From the NCBI GenBank assembly GCA_038901755.1, contig JBCKPH010000001.1, positions 2,410-66,409 of the forward strand: DNA of 64,000 bases, written 5' to 3'. The notes under the pieces are model-generated. The model did not search any database. It saw only the letters and a list, made by a program, of their open reading frames with translations, and had not been told where the DNA came from. This DNA comes from Burkholderiaceae bacterium. Its GTDB lineage: Bacteria; Pseudomonadota; Gammaproteobacteria; Burkholderiales; Burkholderiaceae_C. Of the stretch, positions 26,856 to 37,158 are shown piece after piece. The translations under genes and the position numbers were made by a program. Position 1 is the stretch's first letter. Every line of letters begins with the position of its first letter.

Positions 26856-27845
26856 GTGCCAATCCGATTTCGCCTGATCAAGATCCTCCTGATGGCGAGC
26901 GTGCTTGCCATGACACAGGCGGCGCACGCACAATCCGCGCTACCGGCTCAGGCGCTTCCGAGAATCGGCGTTTTGTCGCCGTTCAACAGTTCGACCGATG
27001 GTTTTCGCGACGCCTTCCAGCAGCGCCTTAAAGAGCTCGGTTACGTTGCGGGGCAAAACATCCGGCTGGAATACCGGGCTGCGGAGGGCATCGCCGATCG
27101 GCTCCCTCAACTCGCGAGCGACCTCGTAAGCCTCAAGGTCAGTGTGATCGTGACCACTACCGCATCAGGCGCCCAGGCGGCGAAGCAGGCCACCACGACC
27201 ATTCCCATCATCATGGCGGGAGTGGATGATGCGGTTGAACAAGGATTCGTTTCGAGCCTGGCCAATCCCGGGGGCAACGTGACGGGCGTCTCATGGCTCA
27301 ACATCGACCTAAGTGCCAAACGGGTAGAACTTCTAAAGCGTACCCTGCCCGCCATCTCGCGCGTCGCCTATCTGCGCGAGGCGACCGGCGCCGCGACGAC
27401 TCTACGAGCTACCGAGTCAGCGGCCCGCCGTTTGGGCATCGGCCTGATGGTCATCGAAGTCCGCGCGCCGAACGAGATTGATGGCGTATTTTCGGCGCTG
27501 ACTCGCGAGCGGATTGGGGCGCTTATCGTCGCCCAGGGGCCCATGCTGAGCAGCCAGGAGTCGCAGCTTGTCGCGCTTGCGGCGAAGCACGGATTGCCAA
27601 CGATTTTTTCTTATCGAAAGGCGGTTGAGGCGGGGGGATTGATGAGCTACGGACCAAAACTGGTCGAGCTGTATTGGCGCGCAGCGGAGTATGCGGAGCG
27701 CATTCTCAAGGGCGCCAAACCGGGCGATCTGCCAGTAGAACAGCCCACCAGATTTGAGTTGGTGATCAACCTGAGGACCGCAAGCACGCTAGGCGTCAAG
27801 ATTCCTCAGTCCGTGCTAATCAGCACCGACGAAGTCATCCGTTAA
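26856..27845 (+). CDS. ABC transporter substrate-binding protein (ABC_sub_bind family), orphan
   Basis: Signal peptide, then RIGVLSPFNSS...NIRLEYRAAEG...PGGNVTGVS...FELVINLRTA. GTG start. No permease or ATPase adjacent. Confidence 0.8.
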   Translation: MPIRFRLIKILLMASVLAMTQAAHAQSALPAQALPRIGVLSPFNSSTDGFRDAFQQRLKELGYVAGQNIRLEYRAAEGIADRLPQLASDLVSLKVSVIVTTTASGAQAAKQATTTIPIIMAGVDDAVEQGFVSSLANPGGNVTGVSWLNIDLSAKRVELLKRTLPAISRVAYLREATGAATTLRATESAARRLGIGLMVIEVRAPNEIDGVFSALTRERIGALIVAQGPMLSSQESQLVALAAKHGLPTIFSYRKAVEAGGLMSYGPKLVELYWRAAEYAERILKGAKPGDLPVEQPTRFELVINLRTASTLGVKIPQSVLISTDEVIR

Positions 27846-27852
27846 GGCGCAT

Positions 27853-28629
27853 TCACTTCGGCGCGATGGGATCTTCCGGTCGCACGAATATCACAGCGGG
27901 AACACCCTCCTGGCTGATATTCAACTGGATGATTACGAACGGCGCATCGCCCGGGTTTTCCCACTGGTGCACCAAGTCGTAGGGTTCGAAAAGGATCGCG
28001 CCGGCCGGTTTCGGCACCGTCTTGCCACCGGTCGTGAACATGCCGGTGCCACTGAGGAAATAGTAGACCGCCGCGCCGGAACGGCGATGGGGCGGATTGA
28101 TCGGAAACCGCGGTGGAAAAGTCACGCGCACCATAGTGAACTCGTACGGGCCAGGCTTGAGTCCTGGAATCGGTGACACGGTTCGGAACAACTCGATGAC
28201 GCTGAGCGAACCACTGTCCGTGGGCTTGTTCAATTCGTCGGCCGTCAGAAGGACAAAATGCAGGAAGACAGCTGGCTCGCTCCCGACCGCGCTGAACCTG
28301 GTGCTTCCAACAGGGACCACGACTCCTTCCTCTTTTCTGACAGCCTGGCGATCGGCGCCGCTGGCCATTTCCATAGACCCACTCAGGGTGAAAGCAATGC
28401 CGACGGCTCCATTGTTGTAGGTGACAGTCTGCCTGGCCGGCACGCTAATCCGCCGCACCACGAAGTGGCGCGGCGCATCCACCACACTTGGCAAACGGGT
28501 ACTGGCGAGCACGGCTCGAATGGTTGTCGTCGCCGGTGCGCTGGAGGCAGTTTGCGCGCCTGCGGAAGTCGATAGCAGGCATCCGGGAATCAGGGCGAAC
28601 GCGATTGCCAAGTGAATCAATCGAGGCAT
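27853..28629 (-). CDS. Secreted cupin-like protein (possible bicupin)
   Basis: Signal peptide MPRLIHLAIAFALIPGCLLSTSAGA. Two beta-barrel-like halves, the second being HRRSGAAVYYFLSGTGMF...LVHQWENPG. Family call is weak. Confidence 0.5.
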   Translation of the reverse strand: MPRLIHLAIAFALIPGCLLSTSAGAQTASSAPATTTIRAVLASTRLPSVVDAPRHFVVRRISVPARQTVTYNNGAVGIAFTLSGSMEMASGADRQAVRKEEGVVVPVGSTRFSAVGSEPAVFLHFVLLTADELNKPTDSGSLSVIELFRTVSPIPGLKPGPYEFTMVRVTFPPRFPINPPHRRSGAAVYYFLSGTGMFTTGGKTVPKPAGAILFEPYDLVHQWENPGDAPFVIIQLNISQEGVPAVIFVRPEDPIAPK

Positions 28630-28818
28630 ATTCCTACTCTCTTGTTTGAGGTGTACGCATCGGGCGGCACGATATTAATCCTTTTTGAGCGCCGCCGTGG
28701 ATAGAAACGGCCATCCTGGCGCAAACACGCCGGCAATGGCGCCCATCGAGATCCGCGACGTCTCCCTTGTGAATCGCCTTGAGGAGCACAGTGCGTGGGA
28801 GAAGCCCCGATTTCCCCG

Positions 28819-29826
28819 TCATCGCTTGATCGACTGAACGCGTGCCGCCCGCTTTTCGAGTTCTTCGCCTTCCCTGACCCGGTTCGTTGCACGGTAGAGC
28901 GCCGCCAGATCGATCAGACTTTCGGCCACGTCAGGATGGTCCGGGCCGAAGGCAACCTCCCTGATCGCCAGCGCGCGCTTGTAGAGCGGCTCGGCCTGCG
29001 CATACTGCTTTTGGGCGCGGTGAATCTCCGCCAGATTGCTCAGGCAGGTGGCCACATTCGGATCGTCCGGAATCTGTGCTTTCTCGAAGATGGCCAGCGC
29101 GCGCTTGTAGTGCGACTCGGCCAGCGCGAACTGGCTCTGGCCGCGGTACACCTCGGCCAGGTTGTTCAAGCTGGTGGCCACGAAGCGATGCTCCGGGCCG
29201 AAGGTTTTCTCCCTGATCGCCAGCCTGCGCTTGTACAGTGGCTCGGCCCGCGCGTATTGGCCCTGGTCGCGGTAGATTGCAGCCAGGTTGCCCAGGCTGA
29301 CGACGACCTCGGGATGCTCGGCGCCGCGGGTTCGCTCCCTGGTCGCCAAGGCGCGCACGAACAGCGGCTCGGCCTGCAGGTACAGCTTCTGGTTGCCATA
29401 GAACTCCGCGAGATCGACCAGGCTCGCGACGGCATCCGGATGGTCCGGCCCCTGGACTTTCTCCCGGATCGCAAGCGCGCGCTTGTACAGCGGCTCGGCC
29501 TGCCCGTACTGCTTCTGAAAGGTGTAGAGAGACGCGAGGTTGCTCAGGCTGGTCGCGACATCGGGATGCTCAGTGCCGACATTTTTCTCGGCAAGCTCCA
29601 GCATCTTCCTTGCCACCTCCACCGCGTTGGCGTAGTTGCCCATGCGATATTGCCGGGCCGACTCCTGACCGAGCCTTTCCCATTCGGCGCCCGCTCCGGT
29701 TTGCGCCAACGCCGAGAGTGGCAGCAGGCAGGCCAGCAGCAGGACCGCCAAACAATTTCTGATGTAATCGATCAGAGGGTGACTCCGTGTTTTGCGAGAA
29801 ACAGAGCGCCGCGGCGGCAAACGCAA
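28819..29826 (-). CDS. Tetratricopeptide-repeat protein (TPR_12 / kinesin-light-chain-like), secreted
   Basis: About seven 42-aa units of the form NLA.LY..QGQYA.AEPLYKRALAIREK..GP.HPDVA. N-terminal hydrophobic signal. Confidence 0.8.
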   Translation of the reverse strand: MRLPPRRSVSRKTRSHPLIDYIRNCLAVLLLACLLPLSALAQTGAGAEWERLGQESARQYRMGNYANAVEVARKMLELAEKNVGTEHPDVATSLSNLASLYTFQKQYGQAEPLYKRALAIREKVQGPDHPDAVASLVDLAEFYGNQKLYLQAEPLFVRALATRERTRGAEHPEVVVSLGNLAAIYRDQGQYARAEPLYKRRLAIREKTFGPEHRFVATSLNNLAEVYRGQSQFALAESHYKRALAIFEKAQIPDDPNVATCLSNLAEIHRAQKQYAQAEPLYKRALAIREVAFGPDHPDVAESLIDLAALYRATNRVREGEELEKRAARVQSIKR

Positions 29827-29922
29827 GGCGTCAGATTGCGCCCGGTGCCTGTCGGATACGGCGTTCTTGCAGCTTGTATTGTCCGAGCAAACCGAATTGA
29901 AACTCGGCGCTCCGCAGCGAAG

Positions 29923-30210
29923 TCAGCGCACCTCGAACCTGGTCCTGGACTGCGCGGCCGTGCTGGCCGCCGCATCGAGCGCGGTTTCCTGCGCGCCCGC
30001 CACGCGCGCCGAGCGCGGGCCTTCGTGCAGACGCGCGCGCAGGGCTGCGATGTCGGCCTCACGGCCATGGATGACGATCTCGACGCTGCCGTCCGGCAGG
30101 TTCGCAGCCCAGCCGGCAAGGCCGAGGCGCGCGGCCTCGTGCTGTGCCCACGCCCTGAAGCCGACGCCCTGGACCCGGCCGGAGACGACAAAGCGTTTGC
30201 TCACCGGCAT
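29923..30210 (-). CDS. Acylphosphatase
   Basis: [13 protein letters not shown] motif. 95 aa from the ATG at 30210. Confidence 0.8.
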   Translation of the reverse strand: MPVSKRFVVSGRVQGVGFRAWAQHEAARLGLAGWAANLPDGSVEIVIHGREADIAALRARLHEGPRSARVAGAQETALDAAASTAAQSRTRFEVR

Positions 30211-30241
30211 CGGGCAAGCTCGGGCCTGAGGCGCTGGCGTG

Positions 30242-31111
30242 TCAACCGGTTTCATAGCGCTTGCCTCGCGCCAGCAGTTCCGGCGTACCGATCAGCCGGT
30301 TCAGGCCGTCGAAATCAAGCATCTGCGCTGCCCAGGGTGCCGTGGTCTGGTGTTGATGCAGACTGGCGTAGTAGCCCTGCAGCGTGTGGGCCACCGCGCG
30401 CGCCGTTCCGCCGGGAAAGATGACGATGCGAAAGCCGCGCCGACCAAGGGCCTGCGCGTCCTGCAGCGGCGTCTTGCCGCCCTCGACCATGTTGGCCAGC
30501 AGCGGCACGCGGTGGGCGAATCTCTTGCAGGCGGCGTCCACTTGCTCGGAACTGCGCAGTGCCTCGATGAAGAGGGCGTCCACGCCGCAGGCCAGGTAGG
30601 CTTCGGCGCGCTCCAGCGCGGCATCGAGTCCCTCGATGGCCAGGGCGTCCGTGCGCGCCAGGATCAGTGTGTCGCGACTGTGGCGCGCGTCCAGCGCTGC
30701 GCGCAGCTTGCCGCACATCTCGTCCCGCGCCAGCACGGACTTGCCGTCCAGGTGGCCGCAGCGCTTGGGAAAGCTCTGGTCTTCCAGCTGGATCATCGCC
30801 GCGCCGGCCCGCTCGAACCCGCGCACGGTGCGCTGCACATTCAGCGCGTTGCCAAAGCCGGTGTCACCGTCGACGATCACCGGCAGGTTTACTCGCTCGG
30901 TGATGCGAGCCAGCGTGTCCTCGACCTCGGTGAAGGTGGTCAGTCCGACATCGCTCCTGCCAAGCCGGGTGTATGCGATCGAGGCGCCCGACAAGTAGAT
31001 CGTCTCGAAGCCGGCCTGCTCGGCAACCAGCGCCGAGAGCGCGTCGTACACGCCCGGGGCAAGCATGATGCGGGGCTGCGCCAAGCGTTGTTTTAGGGTT
31101 AGGGTCATCAT
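30242..31111 (-). CDS. Isocitrate lyase/PEP mutase-family lyase (PrpB/oxaloacetate decarboxylase-like)
   Basis: DGDTGFG and [15 protein letters not shown] motifs. ATGA overlap with the upstream gene. Confidence 0.85.
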   Translation of the reverse strand: MMTLTLKQRLAQPRIMLAPGVYDALSALVAEQAGFETIYLSGASIAYTRLGRSDVGLTTFTEVEDTLARITERVNLPVIVDGDTGFGNALNVQRTVRGFERAGAAMIQLEDQSFPKRCGHLDGKSVLARDEMCGKLRAALDARHSRDTLILARTDALAIEGLDAALERAEAYLACGVDALFIEALRSSEQVDAACKRFAHRVPLLANMVEGGKTPLQDAQALGRRGFRIVIFPGGTARAVAHTLQGYYASLHQHQTTAPWAAQMLDFDGLNRLIGTPELLARGKRYETG

Positions 31112-32499
31112 GCGACTCCGCTATCTTGGGCCATGGAACGTGCGGCGACATGGGCACCCGCGACCGCGCTCAACAGGCCGTTGCCCGACAGGTAGCCCCA
31201 GACGGCATCGCCCGATACACCGCGGGCCGCGCCGCCGGCCGCCCACAGGTTGGGAAACGGGCTTCCATCCTCGCGCCGGACACGGCAGTGCGCATCGATG
31301 TCCAGCCCGCCTTGGGTGTGGAACAGGGCGCCGGTAACCTTGACCGCGTGCAGCGGCCAGCCCAGGCCGCGAACAAAGCAGCGGCCCAACGGATCGGAGG
31401 CTCCAGGGGCGATCGAATCCAGCGTTCGCTGCAGCGCGACCATGTCGCAGCCGACGATCGAGGCCAGTGCCCGGATGTTGCTGGCGCTGCGCAGGGCGCC
31501 GGCCGCTTCGGCTTCGCGGAAGTCGGGAAAGTCACGCGCCAGTGCCAGCAAGGGATCGTCAAACAGGTTCCAGGCCATGCCGCCCGGTTGCGACAGCACA
31601 TGCACGGCCGCCTCGCTGTAGCCCTGGGTCTCGTCATGAAAGCGCTCGCCGCGACTGTTGATCTGCACGCCACCCTGCATGATCACGGCCCAGGTCATCA
31701 ACGCGCCCTGCGGCACCACCCAGGAGCCGTGGCCCTGGTAGCCGCCCAGGTCGGCACAGGCCGCTCCCAGCCCTCGTCCCCAGGCGATGGCGCTGCCGTC
31801 GTTGCCGGCATGGCCGGCAAAGGGCGCGCCCCGCATGTCGGGCAGCAACTCGGCGACCATTGCCGCATTGCCGCCAAAGCCGTTGCAGGACAACAGCAGC
31901 CTGTCGCAGCGAAGATGCTCGAGTGAACCGTCGGGGCGTTCGTAGGCCAGCCCGTGGACCCGGCCCTGCGCGTCGGAGTGCAGCGTGCACACCCTTGCCT
32001 GCGTCAGCAGGTCGGCGCCGGCGGCACGGGCGGCCTGTTCCAGCGCCGCCACCAGCGCCGCTCCCGTGCGCTGCGGCAGGCAGTGCATGCGGCGCACCGC
32101 GTGACCGGGGTAGAGGAAGCCGTCCAGCAGTTCGAGGGCCAGCCCATGACCATGCAGCATCTCCAGGGCCGGTGCGCTGGCCTTGGTGTAAGCCTGCACC
32201 AGATGCGCGGCGGCCTGACCATGCGCCTTCTGGCTGATGTCGGCGGCGAAAGATTCGGCGCTGTCGGCGACACCGGCCGCCTGCTGCCAGCGCGTCGGTG
32301 CTGCCGGGATGAAGCCCGAGGACAACGCGGTCGAACCCTGCGGCGAGGCGTCCCGTTCCAGCAACACGCATTCCATTCCGATCTGGCGCAGCGCAATTGC
32401 CGCCGTCAGGCCGCAGGCGCCGGCCCCGACGATGCCCACCGCCGTCTGCGGTGCATCGCCCGGCAGTTGCGACGCGGGTGCGACGGCAGCCGGTCTCAT
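31108..32499 (-). CDS. FAD-dependent oxidoreductase (FAD_binding_2; fumarate reductase / KstD / TcuA-like flavoprotein)
   Basis: GIVGAGACGLTAAIAL dinucleotide fold. C-terminal FHTQGGLDID...NLWAAGGAA. Trimmed from 32967 to the ATG at 32499, which forms an ATGA overlap. Confidence 0.8.
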   Translation of the reverse strand: MRPAAVAPASQLPGDAPQTAVGIVGAGACGLTAAIALRQIGMECVLLERDASPQGSTALSSGFIPAAPTRWQQAAGVADSAESFAADISQKAHGQAAAHLVQAYTKASAPALEMLHGHGLALELLDGFLYPGHAVRRMHCLPQRTGAALVAALEQAARAAGADLLTQARVCTLHSDAQGRVHGLAYERPDGSLEHLRCDRLLLSCNGFGGNAAMVAELLPDMRGAPFAGHAGNDGSAIAWGRGLGAACADLGGYQGHGSWVVPQGALMTWAVIMQGGVQINSRGERFHDETQGYSEAAVHVLSQPGGMAWNLFDDPLLALARDFPDFREAEAAGALRSASNIRALASIVGCDMVALQRTLDSIAPGASDPLGRCFVRGLGWPLHAVKVTGALFHTQGGLDIDAHCRVRREDGSPFPNLWAAGGAARGVSGDAVWGYLSGNGLLSAVAGAHVAARSMAQDSGVA

Positions 32500-33968
32500 G
32501 CGGTTGGGCGGTGCAGGTACTGCCCGCGCGGCTTGCCCAGGACTTGCCCGTTCTCGTAGATTTTCATGCCACGCAGGAAGGTGGCGTCCACCCGCGCCGA
32601 TAGTTCGATGCCTTCGAAGGGCGTGTAACCCTGGGTTGAGGGCGAGTCCTTGGCGTGGATGGTCCAGCTGCGCGCCGGGTCGACGATCGCGATGTCGGCG
32701 TCGAAGCCCACGTCGATGTCGCCCTTGTGGTTGAGGCCGTAACGCTGCGCCGGGTTCCAGCTCGTCACGCGCGCCATGTGGTTGTAGTCCATGCCGCGCC
32801 GGCTGCCCTCGCTGACGAGGGCCGGCAGCAGGTATTCGGTGCCCCCAAAGCCGCTCTTGGCCAGCCAGATGTTGCCGAAGTAGCGGGCTGAGACCTTCAC
32901 TTCGTGGCGGCAACAGGCATGGTCCGACGCGACCCAGTCCAGCTCGCCAGCGAGCAGGGTCTGCCACAGGTACTCAACGTCCTCGCGCGGCCGGATCGGC
33001 GGATTGACCTTGGCCAGTACGGAGGCCTTGGACGTGATGTCCAGCATCAGGTGGCCGATCGTGACTTCGCGCTTGAAGTCGATGTGCGGAAAGACATCGG
33101 CCATCATCAGCGCGGCCTGCACCGCCTTCCTCGAGCTCAGGTGCAGCAGGTTGATGTTGGGCAGCGCGGTTTCGTTGGCCAGGTAGCTGGCGATGAATAC
33201 CGCCAGGCCTTCCGAATGCGGCGGGCGCGAGGCGTGGTACGCCGCCAGGCCCTTCAGCGACTTGTCCTTTTCGACGATTTTCGTGTAGGCCGTCATCACC
33301 TCGGCGGTCTCGCAGTGCAGCGACAGCGAGATCTGGCGTGCCCGCTCGGGCATCTGCTCGCGCGCCGCCTGGACGCCGCGCATCACGAACTCGAAATGCG
33401 CGTAGTCGTAGCGCTCGTCCTCGCCGATCATCAGGAAGTCGCGCTGCGTGTTGCTCGCCCCGTGCAATCCGTGCGAGCCATAGAACATGAAGATCTTGAA
33501 GCTGCAGACGCCATGCTTCTTGATCAGCATGGGTATCTCGCCGATGTGTTCGCCGTTCATCGGCGCCAGGTGGTAGCCGTAATCGACGTGGAAACGACCC
33601 GCGCTCGTCTTCAGGACTTCGGGGAAAAACTTGCGGTACGGGCCACCCTTGTTCAGGTAGTACTGCCCGGTGCGGAAGTAGTTCAGGCTCGAGGTCACGC
33701 CCCCCATGGCGGCGGCCTTGCTCTCGGTGACAGCGTCCTCGGCCAGGGGCGCATAGATGCCGCTGTGCATGTGGGCGTCCACCACGCCCGGAAAGGCGAG
33801 CCGCCCCTTGCCGTCATGCACAGCCTTGGCCAACGCGACGTCGATGCCGGGGGCTACGCGCGCAAACTTGCCATCGGTAATCGCTATGTCTGAGGCATGC
33901 ACAACATTGCCGTGCGGCCTGACGACACGCACGTTTTTGATCAACAGGTCATAGAGGGGTTGGCTCAT
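32496..33968 (-). CDS. Cyclic amidohydrolase (D-hydantoinase/dihydropyrimidinase/dihydroorotase-like)
   Basis: LLIKNVRVVRP...PGVVDAHMH metal-binding HxH. 490 aa. Confidence 0.8.
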   Translation of the reverse strand: MSQPLYDLLIKNVRVVRPHGNVVHASDIAITDGKFARVAPGIDVALAKAVHDGKGRLAFPGVVDAHMHSGIYAPLAEDAVTESKAAAMGGVTSSLNYFRTGQYYLNKGGPYRKFFPEVLKTSAGRFHVDYGYHLAPMNGEHIGEIPMLIKKHGVCSFKIFMFYGSHGLHGASNTQRDFLMIGEDERYDYAHFEFVMRGVQAAREQMPERARQISLSLHCETAEVMTAYTKIVEKDKSLKGLAAYHASRPPHSEGLAVFIASYLANETALPNINLLHLSSRKAVQAALMMADVFPHIDFKREVTIGHLMLDITSKASVLAKVNPPIRPREDVEYLWQTLLAGELDWVASDHACCRHEVKVSARYFGNIWLAKSGFGGTEYLLPALVSEGSRRGMDYNHMARVTSWNPAQRYGLNHKGDIDVGFDADIAIVDPARSWTIHAKDSPSTQGYTPFEGIELSARVDATFLRGMKIYENGQVLGKPRGQYLHRPTA

Positions 33969-34230
33969 TCAATACTCCTTGTTTAACTTTGACCATTCGG
34001 CTCTGATGTTTCCGACCTTGATGACAGGGCCCCACTTGCGGTTCTCACTCTGGATGAAAGCCAGGTAGCCGGCGCCACCCGGGGCAGCGGCGTCATGCCC
34101 AGCTCTGACAGCCGGCCTGCATGTCGGGCGCATTGACGATGGCCTGCGGCGTAAGCACGGCCAACACCGGACCGTACTCGGGGCCGTATTCAGGCTCAAG
34201 CCTGCGAGCTATGGTCGTCTTATCTCCCAT
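33969..34230 (-). pseudogene. Bug/TctC-family binding-protein remnant (C-terminal about 80 codons, frameshifted)
   Basis: Pieces in three frames: ...YGPVLAVLTPQAIVNAPDMQ / RLSELGMTPLP / GYLAFIQSENRKWGPVIKVGNIRAE. They mirror the C-terminus of the intact neighbour (...FAAHVKREIAKWAQVVKTSGAKVD). Confidence 0.5.
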
Positions 34231-34273
34231 GGCATTGCCTGCTTGCAGGTGTCTTTGGTTGATCGTCCACCGC

Positions 34274-35242
34274 TCAGTCCACCTTGGCGCCGCTGGTCTT
34301 CACCACCTGTGCCCACTTGGCGATTTCGCGCTTCACATGGGCGGCGAATTCCGCCTGCGTCGAGCCCACCGGCTCGGCCCCGAGCGCGGCGAGCTTTTCG
34401 CGCACGTCGGGCAAGCGCAGGATGCGCTGAACCTCGGCCGAGAGCTTGTCCACCACGAACTGGGGCGTGCCCTTCGGCGCGAACAGGCCGGACCATGCGT
34501 CGGCATAGAAGCCGGGATAGCTTTCGGCGACCGTCGGCAAGTCGGGAAGCGTCGGCGCACGGTGCAGGCTGGTCACAGCGATCGCGCGCAGTTTGCCGGC
34601 CTTCACATGCGGCAGCGCCGAAGGCAGACCATCGACCATCAACTGCACCTGACCAGCCAGCAGGTCCGACACCGCCGGGGCACTGCCCTTGTAGGGCACA
34701 TGGGTGATATCGATGCCGGCGGCGGACTTGAGCATTTCCATGCCCAGATGCGCCGCCGTGCCATTGCCCAGCGAGGCATAGTTAAGCTTGCCAGGCTCCC
34801 GCTTGGCCAGCGCCACCAGCTCGGCCAGCGTGCTGGCGGGCACGGACGGGTGCACCACGATCACGTTGGGCACCACCGCGACCTGGCTGATTGGCACGAA
34901 ATCGGCCACCGGATCGTACGGCATCTTGCTGTACAGCGACGTGTTGATTGCGTGCGAGCCCGTCACACCCATCACCAGCGTGTAGCCGTCAGGCGCCGAC
35001 TTGGCGACGATATCCGAGCCCACGTTACCGCCTGCGCCAGCCCGGTTGTCAATGAGCACTGGCGAGCCCCATTTTTCGCTCATTTTGGTGGCGATCAGGC
35101 GTGCCACCATGTCAGTTGCGCCACCCGGCGGGAACGGCACCACGATACGGATGGGCTTGTTGGGAAACGTGTCGGCCTGCGCAAAGGCGGCGAGAGGCAG
35201 GCTGAGCAGCAGGCAGGCCGCAAGAGGGCGTAGAAGTTCCAT
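34274..35242 (-). CDS. Bug-family tripartite tricarboxylate transporter substrate-binding protein (TctC)
   Basis: Signal peptide MELLRPLAACLLLSLPLAAFA, then PNKPIRIVVPFPPGGATD. Trimmed from 35473. Confidence 0.85.
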   Translation of the reverse strand: MELLRPLAACLLLSLPLAAFAQADTFPNKPIRIVVPFPPGGATDMVARLIATKMSEKWGSPVLIDNRAGAGGNVGSDIVAKSAPDGYTLVMGVTGSHAINTSLYSKMPYDPVADFVPISQVAVVPNVIVVHPSVPASTLAELVALAKREPGKLNYASLGNGTAAHLGMEMLKSAAGIDITHVPYKGSAPAVSDLLAGQVQLMVDGLPSALPHVKAGKLRAIAVTSLHRAPTLPDLPTVAESYPGFYADAWSGLFAPKGTPQFVVDKLSAEVQRILRLPDVREKLAALGAEPVGSTQAEFAAHVKREIAKWAQVVKTSGAKVD

Positions 35243-35261
35243 GGTACTCAAAGGTTGAGGG

Positions 35262-36665
35262 TTAAGTCGGATGACGTTGCGTCGCCATCGATTCAGCGAC
35301 GGTTTGGGCGGGCGCGAGCTGCTGCCACAAGCTGCACAGATCGGCATCGGGTGCATCGAACAGGGTGTTACAGAATAGCGCCGCACACTCGGCTGCCACG
35401 CTGCGCGAAACGTAATGACTGAACTTGGCGGACAGCGCTTGACGGTCCAGCGGCTGCCCGGCGTCACCGGCAATGCTGCTGACCGATTCCTGCAGGCGGT
35501 CCTGCTCGTGCGCCACCGCCAATGTTGCGCCCCGCTGCCCGCGTGCCGTCAGATCGGTGTCCGTCTGCAGTACGACGAGGGCCTCCAGCCGGCGCAGCTC
35601 CGGATCGTCAAAGCGCGCGGGCGCATAAACGGAAGGATCAATATCACCGAAACGCAAAATTGCCGCCACGCCGAAGGACAGGCTGAACTGGGCCTGGATC
35701 GGCGTACGCGGTGCGCGGTTGCCGCAGTAGACGATGGCTTCGTTGTACACCGTGAGCACGATGCTCCGGATGCCCTGCGTGCGGCCCGGCAGGCGCTGGC
35801 GGATACGCTGGGCCGCGAGCGCGCCGTAGTGCACGTGGCGCACGGCGGCGAAAGGCTTGAGGTAAGCGTCCAGCAGCAGCGTCGCTGCAGCCTCCGGAAG
35901 TGCCTGCGGCGCTGCGGCCGTGTACTCGCTCGCGTAGTGCGCCAACGCGTCGGGGGGCGCGTCGACGCCAGCGGCACTTGCGAACGCGGCCTGCAAGCCC
36001 AGCAACGCGCTGTGCGCCAGGTAGGTGTTGCGCGCGGTGCAACCTGCGGGGACCGGCAGGTAAAGGCTGGTCGCGAGCTGGCAGGCCGCGATATCGATGG
36101 CCTGCACGATGCCTGCTGCGGGCAGTCCCAGGAGGCGCGCCACGCCGGCCGCAACGCCAAGGGCTGGCCAGTTGGCATCGACATGCATGCTTGGCCGGAT
36201 GCGCAGCCAGGCGCCGGCGCGTGCACCGACTTCATAGCCCAGGACGAACGCATCGACGAACTGGCCCAGCGTCATGCCGCGTTGCAGCGCCAGCGGCATC
36301 AGCGCCGCGACCAGCGGCACACCAGGCCGGCCATGTGCAAGCGCATGGCCTTCGCAGGCCTCGTCCCACGTCGCGGCCATGGCCAGAACCTGCGTGGCGC
36401 CGTGCATGGCCATCGGCATGCCGCCGGGAAAGCGAAAAGCGCCGGGCTCGATTTCGGCCAGGACAGCCTCAAGCCGCTGTACCTCTTGCGCATGGCGACC
36501 CGCAATCGCACAGCCCAGCGTGTCAAGCAGCAACCGGCGCGCCTGCAGTGCTGCCGCAGGGGAGGCCCGCTGCCCTGCGTGCAGTGCGACCGTCGCATGC
36601 AGCACCGAAAGGTGGCCGTCCCAGTGGCGCACTTCCCCGGAAAACGGCTGGCTGTCAGAGCGCAT
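35262..36665 (-). CDS. MmgE/PrpD-family protein (2-methylcitrate dehydratase superfamily)
   Basis: 467 aa. Family pattern ...LLLDTLGCAIAG...; overlaps the upstream gene by 11 bp. Confidence 0.8.
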   Translation of the reverse strand: MRSDSQPFSGEVRHWDGHLSVLHATVALHAGQRASPAAALQARRLLLDTLGCAIAGRHAQEVQRLEAVLAEIEPGAFRFPGGMPMAMHGATQVLAMAATWDEACEGHALAHGRPGVPLVAALMPLALQRGMTLGQFVDAFVLGYEVGARAGAWLRIRPSMHVDANWPALGVAAGVARLLGLPAAGIVQAIDIAACQLATSLYLPVPAGCTARNTYLAHSALLGLQAAFASAAGVDAPPDALAHYASEYTAAAPQALPEAAATLLLDAYLKPFAAVRHVHYGALAAQRIRQRLPGRTQGIRSIVLTVYNEAIVYCGNRAPRTPIQAQFSLSFGVAAILRFGDIDPSVYAPARFDDPELRRLEALVVLQTDTDLTARGQRGATLAVAHEQDRLQESVSSIAGDAGQPLDRQALSAKFSHYVSRSVAAECAALFCNTLFDAPDADLCSLWQQLAPAQTVAESMATQRHPT

Positions 36666-37158
36666 GCGATGTTTTCCCGAAACGCCGACGCAATTGCTTC
36701 ATCAATCCCCCGGCGCGCACCATGTTCATCAAAAATTCAGGCACCGGCTCGCACACCAGCGGACGCCCGTCCGGCGCCTGCAAGGCCGGCGCCTGCGCGT
36801 CGAGGGCCACGTACGCACCATCCTGCAGGGACCCGGCGTCGGCACAAGTGAGAAGCAACAAACCCACATTGAACGCATTGCGGAAATAAAGTCCGCTGTA
36901 CGACGGTGCAATCACGGCGGCCACCCCCAAAAGTGCCAGCACGGCAGCAGCCTGCTCGCGAGAAGAGCCGATGCCGAAGTTGGGGCCCGCCACGATGACA
37001 TCACCACGCCGCACCTGGGCAGCAAACTCGGGCCGGACCGATTCCAGGCAATGCGGCGCAATGCCTTCAATGCCCAGTTTCATGTAGGGGCCAGGGGCGA
37101 GGACATCGGTGTCTATATCTGCACCGAACTTCCAGACCCTGTGCGTCGGCGTGTTCAA
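36655..37158 (-). CDS. Aconitase-superfamily small subunit (LeuD-like swivel domain)
   Basis: FGADIDTDVL...GPNFGIGSSREQAA. Confidence 0.85.
   Translation of the reverse strand: MNTPTHRVWKFGADIDTDVLAPGPYMKLGIEGIAPHCLESVRPEFAAQVRRGDVIVAGPNFGIGSSREQAAAVLALLGVAAVIAPSYSGLYFRNAFNVGLLLLTCADAGSLQDGAYVALDAQAPALQAPDGRPLVCEPVPEFLMNMVRAGGLMKQLRRRFGKTSHAL

Noticed and set aside
28819-29826. TPR protein as part of an NLR/STAND- or CHAT-type system
   Set aside because: No NTPase, protease or effector domain is found in the protein or in adjacent genes. It carries a signal peptide, which points to a periplasmic scaffold.
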